From the NCBI GenBank assembly GCA_964016885.1, contig OZ024742.1:279558001-279622000 (forward strand): a stretch of 64,000 bases of DNA, written 5' to 3'. Shown piece after piece: positions 37,861 to 52,739 of the stretch. Below the pieces are notes generated by a model. It made no database searches, was not told the DNA's origin, and saw nothing but the letters and a program-made list of their open reading frames with translations. The stretch's first letter is position 1. Every line of letters starts with the position of its first letter. The translations under genes were made by a program, and so were the position numbers. The DNA comes from Eledone cirrhosa. Its lineage: Eukaryota.

Positions 37861-38552
37861 GGGGAACATCAGAGCAACGCACCCCCTGCTTCCACCGAAA
37901 ATTATAGAAGCAGGATTCTTATAGAATTCCAGTAATAATCAGGAGCTGATTATACAGAGCGATTGCCGGTCCAGCAAAAATTAGGTATTTTAATCAAACA
38001 TACAGTATTGCCAAATATACTATACATACATTCCTGTATACATCGCTATTTCAGAGCAACAATTCTAACACCTAATTGTTGCTGGACCGGCAATCGCTCT
38101 GTATAATCAGCTCCTGATTATTACTGGAATTCTATAAGAATCCAGCTTCTATAATTTTCGGCGGAAGCAGGATGTGCGTGGCTCTGATTATCGCCGAACA
38201 GCGTGAAACAGACTGTTAGGTTCTCTCCCGTTTTCGCCGAAAAGAAGTAAGTGACATAGTCACTACTTTAAAACCGATAGCGTATGGTCTTCTAAATGTT
38301 TTTAATTAAACATACGGTATATTGCCAAGAGAGATGTCAACATGAATGGACTTGTTATTTTTATATAAAGACATTTTTTCCAAATACATCCCGCCCGTCC
38401 CCTAAATCTATCTTATTTCTTATTCTTTCGTCTGAAGAAGAACTAGCGTCAGAAAAGCTAAGACCCTGTTCCTGCTATATCAAACGTTAACCTAATATAT
38501 CCCTTTCATATACTCTACCGATTGTGTTGTTATTTCTGTTTACCCTTTACAT
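37861..38552. mobile_element. Non-coding element with a ~120-bp inverted repeat (37867-37990 vs 38068-38189) and a PLE-like tail running into (TA)n
   Basis: Near-perfect inverted arms. The tail taccgatt...gttatttctgtttacc is shared with 12680-12715. Weak ctgaaga...gaaa motif near 38432. Confidence 0.55.
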
Positions 38553-38578
38553 ACATATATAAATATATATATATATAA

Positions 38579-38688
<110 letters not shown>

Positions 38689-38768
38689 CAATTATCCCAT
38701 CAGATATTATAACCACGTATGTTTATTTAAATAAAAGTAAATATCCCGAATTTCAAATTTAGTAGAGA

Positions 38769-38808
<40 letters not shown>

Positions 38809-38852
38809 ATATTAAATCAATGGAAACTATATTTATAAAACCATATTTATTC

Positions 38853-38909
38853 TATTTTATATATTTCAAGGGTACCAAAAACTTTGGTACGCTTTCATCA
38901 GATAAAATA
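38853..38909 (-). ncRNA. Minimal hammerhead ribozyme in PLE pLTR (partner with shortened stem II at 41363-41406, + strand)
   Basis: CTGATGA-aagcgtacca aagtttt tggtaccctt-GAAA-tatata. Confidence 0.6.
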
Positions 38910-39680
38910 CGAAGTGTGTTTTATAAATGTTAACATAGCCAAGGAACATACCTTAACGTTTGAAGTTTTCCTTGGATAGTGGACTTAAAGACAGATTTTT
39001 TCGAAATTGTTAAGATGTGTATGCAAATGAATATGTAAATGAGATTGAAATATATGTATGAAAAAAACGTTATTTTAGACGCTATGGAGAATTTAGATAT
39101 GTGTTTGTATGTGTAGGAAAGAAGGAAAAGGAAGAAAAAGAAAAATTTGAATATTTACCTATATCATGTATATACTTATATGGAGAATTATGTTTGTAAG
39201 TATTTATCTTATTACAATATTGTAGTAGGTTTTATGTATAAATATCAGGGATGTTTATTTTGTGTTTTATGTAAATAAATAGGTAGTTCAAGTTATGAGA
39301 AGAGAACAATTTATAGATTTGAATATTTTGTTCAGCATTGAAAATGATTCTATAATATTGTTAATTTAGCGAAGTTACGTATATAAGTTTACACCATTGA
39401 GAAAGGAAAGATAACTCCAATTTTGTTTGTTAATCGTTACATTTGAAGAGTTAGTGTGAGATTAATTATTTTAATCGAAAGATGTGTGAATGTTTGAAAA
39501 TCAAAAAGGAGGAGATACGTAATGTGCTTATCTAAGAAACAGTCGTGAAGAGGATACATTTTTCTAATGTCAGTTAATGATTATCAATCTACATCTAAAA
39601 AAATATATCTTTAGAGGGTGTCATTAGAAAAATAATAATGTAAGAATTAAAAATTTAAAATTAAAATTATATACATACAC

Positions 39681-39718
<38 letters not shown>

Positions 39719-39899
39719 AAAGAAATGTTTTTTGTTGTTGTTATTTTTTGCTAAAAGGTAAACGTATTACGAATATTAGAGATATTCACATTTAGAAATA
39801 TTAAAATATTAAAAATATTAAAAATGTTTAATTGTTAAAGAGGATATGATTATTTTGAGGTTTATAGGTATATTATAAATTAAACATAGATCTGAACGT

Positions 39900-40976
39900 G
39901 GAATTTGGGCGATGCCTAAAGAAGAAAATAACTCTGTTCTTAGATTAATAGAGTTTTGACAGTTAATTATATGAAACATTTCTTCGATACACAATTTACA
40001 GAATCTTGATAAAGCCATATTTCGGTACGTAAGGGCCTATGAAATCCTTTTCCAAGATAATGAATATTCTATATTCTTTCCTTTTAATAAGTTCCATATA
40101 AGATTTGAAAGTGAAGTAGAAGATTTTTTATCAGATCTTTTAAAAGTATGATTATGGTTATTTCAGCGTTCTTTAAATTTTGTAGAAGTGGCACCAACAT
40201 AGTTAAATATGTTATCTCTAGTTTTAACTGTGCATCTATAAACTACATTTTTATCTAAACAATTATTTTGTAAAGGGCAGTTTGATTTGATTCTACAGTT
40301 ACATTTTATGGAGTTGTTGTTCGGAACGGTACTATTATACTGGATATTGTTAGAAATATTATTATTGCTATTTTGGTTATTTTGGTTAGTGTTTAAATTT
40401 AAGTTTCTATTATTAATTCTATTTATTCTTTGTGCTATGTTCATAGTAGTAGAGTTGGATAGTTTTATAGTATGTCTGTTAAAAATAGAGTGTTATCTGG
40501 CGGCTTTAGGAAAACATTTATCTAGTGCTTTAAAGAATAGCTTTGTTAAAGGGGATTTAACGCTTAATGAGAATGGGGGGGGGGACCAAATAGTATTTCT
40601 AGTTCTAGTTTTTTTGTTTGGTTTAGTGTTTAAGTAAAATTGTTTATTATTATTATAATTAATATTAGGGTGATTTGCCATGTTATAGTTATCAATGTAT
40701 TTAATTTTATTCGAATATCCTGCTCTATTTAAAGCTTAATTATAATATTCAGCCTTATCATCAAAAATATTTTTATTAGCAGAGATGCGTGAAATCCGTT
40801 GTTGAACACTATTGACAATAGTGTTCTAGGATGATTAGAGTTAAACTTACGTAATTTAGATTTTCGTTAGTTTTTTATGGAAAGGATAGTAAATGCCTGT
40901 GCTAAGGTTTAAAGTTACGTCTAAGAAGTTAACGGTTTTGTTGTTACTCTCTATTTCTAACTTTAGGTTGTAGTCT
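39900..40976 (-). pseudogene. PLE ORF fragment (RT end, linker, GIY-YIG)
   Basis: VNFLDVTLNL, RNTIWSPPPFSLSVK, CNCRIKSNCPLQNNCL...VVYRCTV...YVGATSTKFKER, CKLCIEE...INLRTELF. Confidence 0.85.
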
Positions 40977-41543
40977 GTATTTATACATATAACCTGCTAC
41001 AATATTGTAATAAGATAAATACTTACAAACATAATTCTCCATATAAGTATATACATAATATAGGTAAATATTCACATTTTCCCCCAAATTAAATTAAATA
41101 CGAGGTCTTCTTTTCTTTTTTCTTTTTTTTCTTTTTCTTCCTTTTCTTTCTTTCCTACACATACAAACGCATATCTAAATACTTCATAGCGTTTAAAAGG
41201 GCGTTTTTTTTTCAAACATATACCACAATCTCATTTCCATTTCCATTTGCATACTCATCTTAACAATTTTGAAAAATCTGTCATTTTGTCCATTATCCAA
41301 GCAAAAATTCAACCGTTAAGGTATGTTCCTTGGCTATGTCAAAATTTATAAAACGCACTTTGTATTTTATCTGATGAAAGCGTACCCTTGAAATATATAT
41401 AGAATAATATGGTTTTATAAATATAGTTTCCATTTATTTAATATCATTGAGTATTATACTCCAGAAAACTTGTCGAGTGCATTGAATCAGTTATAAATAT
41501 TTATATTTGTTGAATAGACCAACAAATTGAATATCCCTTCTGG

Positions 41544-41623
<80 letters not shown>

Positions 41624-41693
41624 ATGTATATATACATATATATATATGTATATATATTTATATATATATATAAATGTATCTATATATATATAA

Positions 41694-41762
<69 letters not shown>

Positions 41763-42218
41763 AATATTAGCTAAAACCCAAAGCTTTTCCAGGAGCCAAA
41801 ATTTCTGCAAATTGTGTAATCTTGAGATTTATTACATAATCACACACAAGAAGAAACTGCTGAATAACAGAATTGAACGAACATTATTCTGCCGTCACAG
41901 AACTAAAACCCTTTTTTCCCACTACAAGCCGAATATTACATAAAAGAGGGACATCCCCCAACTATATAAACCTTAATCTAGTTAGAAAAATATAAAAACA
42001 ATCTCTTCTCAACATATATTAATAACCTTAAATTACCATACTAATAATGAAAAGATATGCTGATGAGAATAGGTACAAATATGCGATAATGAATGTGTCT
42101 AAAAACGTCCATAAGTATGTATATATATGTGAAAATGTATATAAATAAGTAAATATATATATATGTTTGATGTGTATAGTTAGATGTAAGTGTATTCATG
42201 TATTAAAGTGCTTATATA

Positions 42219-42275
<57 letters not shown>

Positions 42276-42278
42276 GTG

Positions 42279-42367
<89 letters not shown>

Positions 42368-42930
42368 ATATGTATGTATATATGTGTATATGGATGTGTA
42401 TGTATGTGTATGTGTGTACACATGGACTAGAGTATGTATATATGTGTGTGTCTATACGTGTGTATATAAAGATAAGTTGAGTATGAAAATGTATACACAT
42501 GAGCGCGTATGTATGTACATGAATACATGTGTGTATATATATGTGTATGCATGTGTATATATATGTAAGTATGAATATGTGAATTGTGAGTATATGTATT
42601 TTGTAGAGGTGTGCAAATATATTTGTGTGTGAATGCGTGGGTGAAAGGATACGTACACTTGAAAGAAAAATTTAAGTCTGAATGTTAATTAAGTGCAAAC
42701 ACAAAACCAACCACGCATATCTTTACTATCTCTAATCCTTCTATAGATTTAGAAAAATAACCAATAATATATTCTATAAAAAATGTCAAAACAACAGATG
42801 GGAATCTAATTACTCACTGCCATCAAGAATTCTCACTGCTATCGAAAAACCACTCCTTCAACTATTCTTCTAACAACTTCACCCCTCCCTCCTAATATTC
42901 TCTATAAAAACTAAATAGGTCCTCAGTAAT

Positions 42931-42978
42931 ATTATTCTGATGAAATGACAGTAAATAATAACATTGAAATATTGAATG
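42931..42978 (+). ncRNA. Degenerate hammerhead-like motif in a probable PLE 3' remnant (~42655-43200)
   Basis: CTGATGA-aatg...catt-GAAA. A second gaaacacgtgtc half-motif lies downstream. Confidence 0.4.
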
Positions 42979-43259
42979 TCTGCATAACTAAAAGTTTGTA
43001 GATAGCAGCTGTTTTAGGTTATGTAACTGTTATAGAAACACGTGTCAATAAATTCCTTTCAACTAAACTGTATCCATTCAAATCTTTCTATTTTTCTCCG
43101 GATTACTTTTGGAACTACAACTGGAACCGTCGAGCAAACTCTACGTGAGCTGATAATCTACTGTGTGTAATATTTATATTACAACACAACGGAAAATACT
43201 GTATATATATATATAAATATATATATATATTTATAAATACACACATACACACACACACT

Positions 43260-43361
<102 letters not shown>

Positions 43362-43397
43362 TAAATATATATATGTATATATATATATATTTATATT

Positions 43398-43433
<36 letters not shown>

Positions 43434-44067
43434 AATATTTATATATATATATATTTATATTTATATATATATAAATATAAATATATATATGTATATATAT
43501 ATATATATATATTTAAAGATTAATGTACTTTTTCATATGGATACAGCTAAACATTATGTATGTGAGTATGAATATTAAAAACCGAGCATAATTATTGCGT
43601 ATTTGAGTTGAATCTGAGTTTCATGTCCTTTGGTAAATTATTTAACCTTGTTCAAGCCCAGAAGCTACAATTCATGAACTCACATGAATCGTGTATGTTT
43701 CGTACAGCAATGTTAATTAACCAGAAAGGAAATTTCGAAGAGCGACAAATTCAGAATCTGCACAAATTCCATTAAAATATTTATGTTTTCCGTGTTAACA
43801 TACGTTTGGCTTCTCTGCTACTCTGTGCATGAGAATAAGTGCATGTGCTGGCGTGTGGGTGTTTGCTGTGCGTATGTTTTTACGGTTGCTTACATACTTA
43901 TTTTCTTATATTATTATAACCTAAGCGTGTGGGTGTGTATATATATATACATATATATATATGTGTGTGTGTGTGCGCATAATACATGAATATGTGCATT
44001 CACATAGATATATTATTATATGTATATATATATATATGTATATACATATATATATACATACATATAT

Positions 44068-45486
44068 ATCATCATCATCATCATCATCATCATCATCGTT
44101 TAACGCCCATCTTCCACGCTTGCATGGGTTGGGAATTTTCCCACTTGAGGCAAGATTGGTTGTCTAGCTCGTATAGGACTGTCTGGTGGGTTTTCTACGG
44201 CTGGATGCCCTTCCTAAAACCAACCACGTTTACAGTGTGGACTGGGAGGTTTTTAACGTGTTACCTACACGGCCACATTACAGCGTGGAGTGTGTGCTTT
44301 TTTGTCGTGACACCTACACGACCTCATTTATTTCGGAATGGATGTTGTGGTACCAACATAACTTTACATTGAAAGGGGTGGTGTGGATGGGGTGGGGATA
44401 GTGGGACGGGTGTGTATTTTTGTTAGAAGTGCCTACTGACTGTAGGTTTCGCTTTGTACTTAGGCAAGGCGGGTCTTCTGTGTTACTGTGTAGCGCCAAA
44501 GATCTCGGTCCAGTGACATTGTCTTGGAGAGGTGTAAGTGTGTGAGGTCGGAATTTATCAAGTCGTCCCAGGTTTTTCTGGGTCTGCCTACTCCGTGGCT
44601 ACCGTCTAATTTTATCGCCCTGCACTTTTTTATACAGCTGTCGTCTTTCATGCGCATCACGTGACCGTACCAACGTAGTCTTCTCTCGAGTAAACAACAT
44701 CTGATCCCTCTTATTCCTAATTCCTCACTTAGTTCTTTTATGCTTTGCGGTTCACGTATATTATTATTACACATCCAGCGGAGGATGCAAGCTTCGTTCC
44801 TCTCAAGTCTGCGTATATCTTCTGCACACAATGCCCAAGTCTCACTGCCATGTAACATTGTTGTTCGTATGCAGGCATCATACAGCTTGCCTTTCATTTT
44901 TAGAGAGAACCCTTTAGCGGCCAATAGTCGTATAAGCTCTCTGAACTTTTTCAATCCCGTTCTGACTCTAGCTACTGTAAATTCAGAGCACCCTCCACCA
45001 CTGCTGATTTTGTCACCCAGGTAACGGAAGGTGTCCACTATTTCTATAGAACAATCTATGCAATGGAATGAGCTAGTATTCTGTGGGCTCTTGCTGCTAC
45101 TTATTGCACCTGAGCACCGGCCACATATAAAATATATATTCTTAGTTAGCTTACCTATGATCCCACTACATCTTTTATGCACCCGTACTTTGCATTTGGG
45201 ACATAAAATGGAGTTTCTGCCTACTCCTTTCCTACACACTGTGCATGGCCATTTCCCAGATTGGACCGGTGCCCTATTTTTTTTCCTACAAACTAGAGCG
45301 TTGATCTTAGACAGGTTAATTTTAAGGCCTTTTGATTCTAGGCCATGCTTCCATGTTTGGAATTTCTTCTCTAGTTCAGCCATTGATTCAGCTATGAGCG
45401 TTAGATCATCTGCGTATAGGAGTTCCCATGGGCAGCCGGTCTTGAACTCCTCTGTTATAGCCTGAAGGGCAATAATAAATAGTAGG

Positions 45487-45490
<4 letters not shown>
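44068..45490 (-). mobile_element. 5'-truncated RTE-clade LINE with a (GAT)n 3' tail
   Basis: RT segment PLLFIIALQAITEEFKTGCPWELLYADDL, YLG, RRLRWYGHV, GRPRKTW. (ATC)n at 44068-44097 marks the 3' end. Confidence 0.9.
44460..45490 (-). CDS. RTE ORF C-terminal part: RT with a PHD-like Cys/His insertion
   Basis: Open frame through YADD and WPCTVCRKGVGRNSILCPKCKVRVHKRCSG...FICGRC. Confidence 0.85.
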
Positions 45491-45531
<41 letters not shown>

Positions 45532-45717
45532 ACAGGGAGGAAGAGACGATTATGAGGAAGAAAAATATATTTTTTTCCTATTTTGTTTCTCTCTTTTCTC
45601 TGGGTTAGAAAATGATAAAACCAGATGTTTTACTTTGTGTGAAGTGTTAAAGTATTAGATGATTTATTTATTATTTAACAATGGCATTTATTTATCTATT
45701 TATCTATTTAATTATTG

Positions 45718-45760
45718 TCTATTACCGGTTTCAGCATTTATATGCATTATCAAATGATAG
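45718..45760 (-). ncRNA. Hammerhead-like motif with TTGATAA core downstream of a PLE endonuclease fragment
   Basis: TTGATAA-tgcat ataa atgct-GAAA-ccgg-TA. Stem I is weak. Confidence 0.45.
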
Positions 45761-46168
45761 TGAAATGTATTAGTGTGGTGTCGCACATGTTAAAAAGAAG
45801 GTGCAGAAAGAATAATGTTATTTACAAACAAGGTTTAAGAAGTGAAAAGAAAAAAAGAAAAAGGAAAAAGCGTGAATAATGTGGAACGTAAAAAGTCAAT
45901 GTGGAAGAAAATATAATGTTATTTACAAACACAGTCAGTGAAGTTAAGCAGATCAAAATGTGTTAATATTACAAGAGTGCTTAGTTGAACCATGGTTCCG
46001 TGATGAAGGCAAATGGTGGGCTGAGGTTTGATATTATTTCCCTTTTTAGAGAGTTAATATGCAGGGTAAGCAATTCTTGCTGGGTGATATTTAATTTATT
46101 TAAGGAAAAGGATTAGGTAGGGTGTGAGGGAGGTAATTCTTGTAAATGCTTGATGGTTTGTTGCAGTT

Positions 46169-46518
46169 TTAGATTGGTCCTATTTTTAGAGCATTGAGTA
46201 GGGGTTGAAATTTATTAATGAAATATGTTTCCTTATTGGTGCGTTGGATGAAAGTAGCGTTGTCTATGAATTTGTAAATGGGGAAAATTTTAATTTTTGG
46301 ATGTTGGTTGAGAGCACAGTTGGCGATATGTTCACTGAATGCAATCTTTCTGTATTCCTGTATTTTAATTTGTAATTTATGTACGGTCATACGTTGACGG
46401 AGGCTGTTTTTTGTCTGTGCTATGTAGTGCTCTTGACAACCTGAGCATGTCAAAACATAGATAAGGTTTTCAGATGCACATGTAAAGTTGTGTATAACTG
46501 TGAAGCGTTGTCCTTGTT
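46169..46518 (-). pseudogene. PLE (Neptune-like) GIY-YIG fragment
   Basis: HNFTCASENLIYVLTCSGCQEHYIAQTKNSLRQRMTVH...KETYFINKFQPLLN. Confidence 0.8.
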
Positions 46519-49347
46519 TAAAATGGAATGTTGAACCTTCTATTAGATTTATGCATATGCCACTGTTGGGTCTTCCGCATGTTGTTACTCTTATGTGGTG
46601 GCTTTTCCCGGCTGCGCGCTGGGGACCTAGAGAGTTCAGCCTTCCTTGAGTGCTCGGAAAAATAAATTTCCCCTCTTTCGTTAAACGAAATTACTCGGAG
46701 CGGGTTGCTTTGCCGCGGTCCCACCGCGCCGCCTCTATTTTGGCCGCCATATTATACTTATACCTATAAACTCCAGGTTTAGGCATAACTATTAGCTGTA
46801 TCATGCCTTTACTGGCACGTAAATAAACCCCTCATGTGTGATTTAATAATATTCGTTTGGTATAGACGATGGCCTGTCGAAATTGTAGACTTCCCTCTAG
46901 CGCTCCCGGAGCCTAAGGGAGCTACGTTCCTAGAGTACTCGGAAAAATTAATTTCCATTTCTTTCGCTGGACGATACCACTTGAAACTGGCTGACTCATG
47001 GTTGGGTGGTGCTGGCTGGGACTCACAGTCGAAATCTTTACTCTATATCACATCCTGATATCTTATCGAGATTAAATTTTTCATATAAGACTCTCTCTGT
47101 AAGTTCATTAAATAAATCTCGCTACCTTAACCTTTAATTTTCTAATAATTTATTTTTCAATTTATCATTTTGCAATTTAATATTTTTTTAATTTCATCCT
47201 ATAACTCGTAACATAAGTTTAACGTTCCAATTTTCGGTTCACACATTATACCATACAGACACCCATTATATATGCCTTTGTTAAATATAGATTCTTTGTA
47301 GTAGCATTTTTCGCGGCATTTTCTAGCATGAATTTAGTGTGACCTTACGCTGACTTCTTTCTTCCTTTTTTTCTTCTTTCTTACTTTCTTTCTTTCTTCC
47401 CCTTTTTCTTTGACGGAGAGGTGGTAGTGCATTATAAGCCTTCGCCCCCTCACCAGATGGTCATTAGTAGATTCAGTTGTCATCACTTTGAGGGCGACTG
47501 ACCGAGGTGAATGCAGCTAGTTGGTCAGTCGTCCTCTTTGTCTCTGTCTCTGATTTTTCGGACCCATGGTTTTTTACATATTCCTTTGTTATATTCCAAT
47601 ACCTGATGATATCACCGGATTCATATGGAACCCGGTCATTGAAATGATCATAGTATAATAAACCTTTCAAGGATTTACACCAGTCCAGCCTCCTGTCATT
47701 TCATTATAATTATATATATATATGTGTGTGTATAATGAAGGTGTTTGCTCCCATATAAGCATGTGTATTTAGTATATAGAATAATATACCGTATTTTTAC
47801 GAATAAACATTTTAAAGCCTTTAGATATGAAGTTTGAAAGCTGGTGGCAGGGCGGCACCTTGCACGTTCCAGCAGAAGCAATACAGAAAAGAACTACGGC
47901 TGTGTCTGTATCACCGTCGTTATATAGGTAGTCCACAACTTAACCTCGCTTTCTGATGGAACTAAATGTAGGCACAAACATAGTCTTGAGGCCTATTTAC
48001 ATGGGCAGATTTAACCTCCTTTCTATACGGAGTTCAGCCGTCGGGTCATGAATCTGTTCATATATATTCATCCATCTATATATACATACATACATACATA
48101 CATATATACATGCATGTTGATTGCTACTTCTTGGCAAAAGAGGGCCAAACCCTAATTTAATATTACACGATCATGTGCACGCAGGTCACCTTTCATACTA
48201 ATTATTGTTTTGCAAGTACATTTACATATTTGATTCTTAATAAGTCTGTCTCCTGGCGTTACCGGCTAGGGGTGTGTCTTCATGCATACTTCTATGTGTC
48301 CTTAGTCCACCAGTTGACTTGTAAATAAAGCCACACTCATTTCAAATGTACCATGGAGTGCTTGGTGGTAATCCATCTTACATGTGACTTGATTTCTCTC
48401 TGACTCCTATGAGTTTAGACTGTTGGTAAATCCAGCTCTTAATAGAAGTAATCGTCCACATAATTGCATCTGAATTTCTGCTGGAGTTTTGCAGGCACTG
48501 TCAAATGCGATGCCTCTACACACACGCCCACAAACATGCACACATACAGACACATACAAACACAAATACAAATATACACACAGACAAAAACACATATACA
48601 TACACACAACACGCCAAAACACAATCATACACACATATATATACACACACGTACATTTGACATACACACATACACGCAATAATATAAACATACATACACA
48701 TTCATACATGGTGGCTGCCAACTCGTTTTCGAGTGCGGCCACTACTTTATATCCATGTAGGGGAACCCCTACCGATGCGCTGAACGAGTGTGACTTTTTA
48801 GTTCAGTCAGCGACTTGAAAACTATGGTATAAACACTCCACTTGTGACAATTATTGACACATTGTGCTGGGCCCATGGTACCATGTGACGACAAGTGCAG
48901 AGAGACGTCCAGATATAAAGCAATGCCTGTGCCGTGAAGCTTTTATAGTGAGAAAAGGCACTGCACAAAGCCAGTCCCTCTCTCTTAACCAAGATGATAT
49001 TTACCAAAAAGAAGAACAAGTCAATATCATTGGATACCATCAGGGTTGCAGGTGTTATATCAGAGTTTTCCTTCTCCTAGAATTCTGCCTTGACAAAGGC
49101 TAAGGGGTCATCTCTCCCGGTGATTTTGGATGGCCATTGACTCTTAAGAGCTCATTTGCCCTTTGACAGGTTTTATTTTTAGTCCTGCAGGATGTCCAAA
49201 GTCACCCACCTCACCATGAAACCTTGGTGGGGTTGCTAGTTTAGTCGCCAACGATCCGACCATGGGACAGGTTGTACTGGAATACATGTTACCAGCAGCA
49301 CCAACTGGTGACCTGACAAACATTCATACATACATAAATATATACAT

Positions 49348-49382
<35 letters not shown>

Positions 49383-50065
49383 TACATCCTATCTACCCAA
49401 CTACATGCATACACACATACACACGTACATATACACATATACAGAAATACATACACACATACATACACATACATATATACGCACAATTTTTCCTAGCTTC
49501 CTACATACATACATACATACATACACACATATATACACATATATATACACATATATACACAGATACATACATACAAACATACATATATACATATATACCT
49601 ATATATATACAGACTGACAAACATACCTACTTGCCTACATACACACACACCGACATGTCTACAGGCACACCCAAATACACACACAAATAAATATATATGC
49701 TGTCAATAAAAAAACATTATCGAAATTATGTCTCACACCGTTTGACTGTGTACATTTGTTATATGTTAATGTAAGTAAGAATGAAGGAATAGTTAATAAT
49801 CATCAAACCTTTATTCTATTAGTTTAACATTTGTTTCAGTCCATTATCATCGAAATACATTTTTCACATCACTGCAGCTGTTTTAAATATATATATAAAA
49901 TTCTAATCAGATGGAATTTGGTTCAATTAACCATGTAATGTTGTCCACAAATAGAGACAGATACATAAACATTCACATACACACACCTGGGCATATGTAG
50001 GTACATACATACAAACATACATACACACACACACACACAGACACACACATATATATATATATATG

Positions 50066-50106
<41 letters not shown>

Positions 50107-50214
50107 ACCTACTCGGAACTAACGTATATACCCAGGCGCAGGCCAACCGAAGACAGACGTAAACAATCATACATATATATAGCTATATGTATATAAATAT
50201 ACATACATATATAA

Positions 50215-50338
<124 letters not shown>

Positions 50339-50342
50339 GTAA

Positions 50343-50475
<133 letters not shown>

Positions 50476-50479
50476 TATA

Positions 50480-50622
<143 letters not shown>

Positions 50623-50627
50623 TTATA

Positions 50628-50671
<44 letters not shown>

Positions 50672-51225
50672 TGTGTGTGTGTGCGCGCGCGCGTGTGTGT
50701 GTGAATGAATCCGTGCTTGTGTTTATGTCTGTGTATCTGGTAGTGTTAATAAACACAGCAATATAAAAAAAAATGATATCGATATTAAAAAATAACATTT
50801 TTGATCAATGATGAAATTTTTTCTATGTTTATGATACTCATAAGTAATAGAGACCACTAAGTTTGTGTAATTAAGAAGATAGCATTGTAAGCACAATTGT
50901 TTCGAGTTCGATATTTGGCTTTGATCGATTGCTAACTGTCATTTATCATAGACTTGCCTGTTTCAATTCTTCGTGAATAAAGAATTTACAAGGAAACACT
51001 GTCGCAACCCGTCTTGCTACTCTTGTGGTTGTTATGTAGATTTTTTTTGTTGTTGTTATTTTCTTAAACCGCCACCTCCTCTTCTTCTTCTTCTTCTTCT
51101 TCTTCTTCTTCTTCTTCTTCTTCTTCTTCTTCTTCTTGCCGTTGTTATTACTGTTATTACTGCTATTTCTTTAATGCTTGTGTTAATAATAATAACTTAT
51201 GTATTTTTCACGCATTATTTTAAAT

Positions 51226-51420
51226 AGAGGGCGGTGGAATGGCAGTATTGGTAGAGGGTCGGACGCCATGCTTTGATGTATAGAGTTATGGTCCTTCCCA
51301 TTCAAATCCCGCTGAGGATAATTTTGCCTTTTATCCTTACAAGGTCGATAAAATAAAGTACCAGCAATGCACTGGATATTTGCTGGCCTTGTGCCAAACG
51401 TAGAAAGAATTATTTTAAAT
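51226..51420 (+). mobile_element. tRNA-derived SINE (duplicate at 53306-53500)
   Basis: gggcggtggaatggcagtattggtagagggtcggacg...gtcgataaaataaagtaccag...ggccttgtgccaaa. Confidence 0.8.
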
Positions 51421-51565
51421 AGAATTGTTTCTGAAATAACAGTAATTCTTATTTTAGTCATCAAATGAATTACCATATTATTGGCCAGTCTTTGATAAAT
51501 ATAAATGCATAGATGGATAGATGAATGGATGGGTGGACAGATAGAACGATAGTTTTACACATAAA

Positions 51566-51598
<33 letters not shown>

Positions 51599-51601
<3 letters not shown>

Positions 51602-51921
51602 TTGTCTCCCGGTATTCGCGTGGGTTACGTTCCTAGAGCACTCTCACAGAGTGAAAAACCCCGTATATTAGACGTGGTCCATAAAAATACCATAAACATC
51701 AAAATATAATTTAAAAAAAGAGGGAACGTCTTATGCATTATGCGAAAGGGATTCGAATAGGCCGGCAAAAACGGTATATTGTTATTAATAAATGCCGAGA
51801 AAAAATCGCGAAAGTTATTTACGATTCTGCTAATATGCGGTGGATTCCATGAACAATTATTATTTAGATTCTAAGGAAAATTCCGCGAATAACCAGAACC
51901 CTGAATGCCGGGTGTAAATTG
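51599..51921. mobile_element. Tc1/mariner (Tigger/pogo-type) MITE (duplicate at 53679-54001)
   Basis: TA|cagttgtctcccggtattcgcg...ctgaatgccgggtgtaaattg|TA: imperfect TIRs with a TA TSD. Confidence 0.65.
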
Positions 51922-52073
51922 TATATATATGTTTATATATTTGAAATTAAAAGTATAACGAAAAGAATTTGAAAATGGAATTGGAATCTTTAAGAAGTTT
52001 TATATAAACTGTCTTAGAGACTCCAATTGTATTTTCAATTTCTTTTACCTATGTATATATGTATATATATGGA

Positions 52074-52178
<105 letters not shown>

Positions 52179-52320
52179 GAGTTAAACAAGAGTCAATGAA
52201 TATATCAAAGAATGAGTTTTACAGTAGATTGGAAGCACTCTATGGCAAATAATTTTCCAGAGTTATTAATATTAAAATACAAATATTAATAAAATAGATG
52301 TTCTTTTATCAATTACATTT

Positions 52321-52370
52321 TATTATACATATTTCAGATGTATAACAGTACGTACTCATCAGACAAAATA
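52321..52370 (-). ncRNA. Degenerate hammerhead-like motif (duplicate at 54397-54446)
   Basis: ttttgt-CTGATGA...GAAA-tatgta, in the same context as the pLTR hammerheads at 55717 and 56883. Confidence 0.35.
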
Positions 52371-52429
52371 TAATGATACATGACATACCCTGAGATGTTA
52401 AATGGTTAAGATTTAATCAAGGTAGGGAT

Positions 52430-52549
<120 letters not shown>

Positions 52550-52553
52550 TATA

Positions 52554-52690
<137 letters not shown>

Positions 52691-52695
52691 TTATA

Positions 52696-52739
<44 letters not shown>

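Larger units (their letters stand above)
38802..41545. mobile_element. Penelope-like element: 5'-truncated minus-strand copy (38802-~40976) joined to a plus-strand copy of its 3' end (~40977-41545)
   Basis: 40980-41450 is the reverse complement of 38806-39242. Hammerhead cores on both arms. (TA)n flanks. Confidence 0.85.

Noticed and set aside
48710-49320. GC-richer block resembling the 5' region of an RTE-type element on the minus strand
   Set aside because: Only a vague motif resemblance (ttccttctcctag...aaggcta); no ORF or ribozyme fold could be supported.
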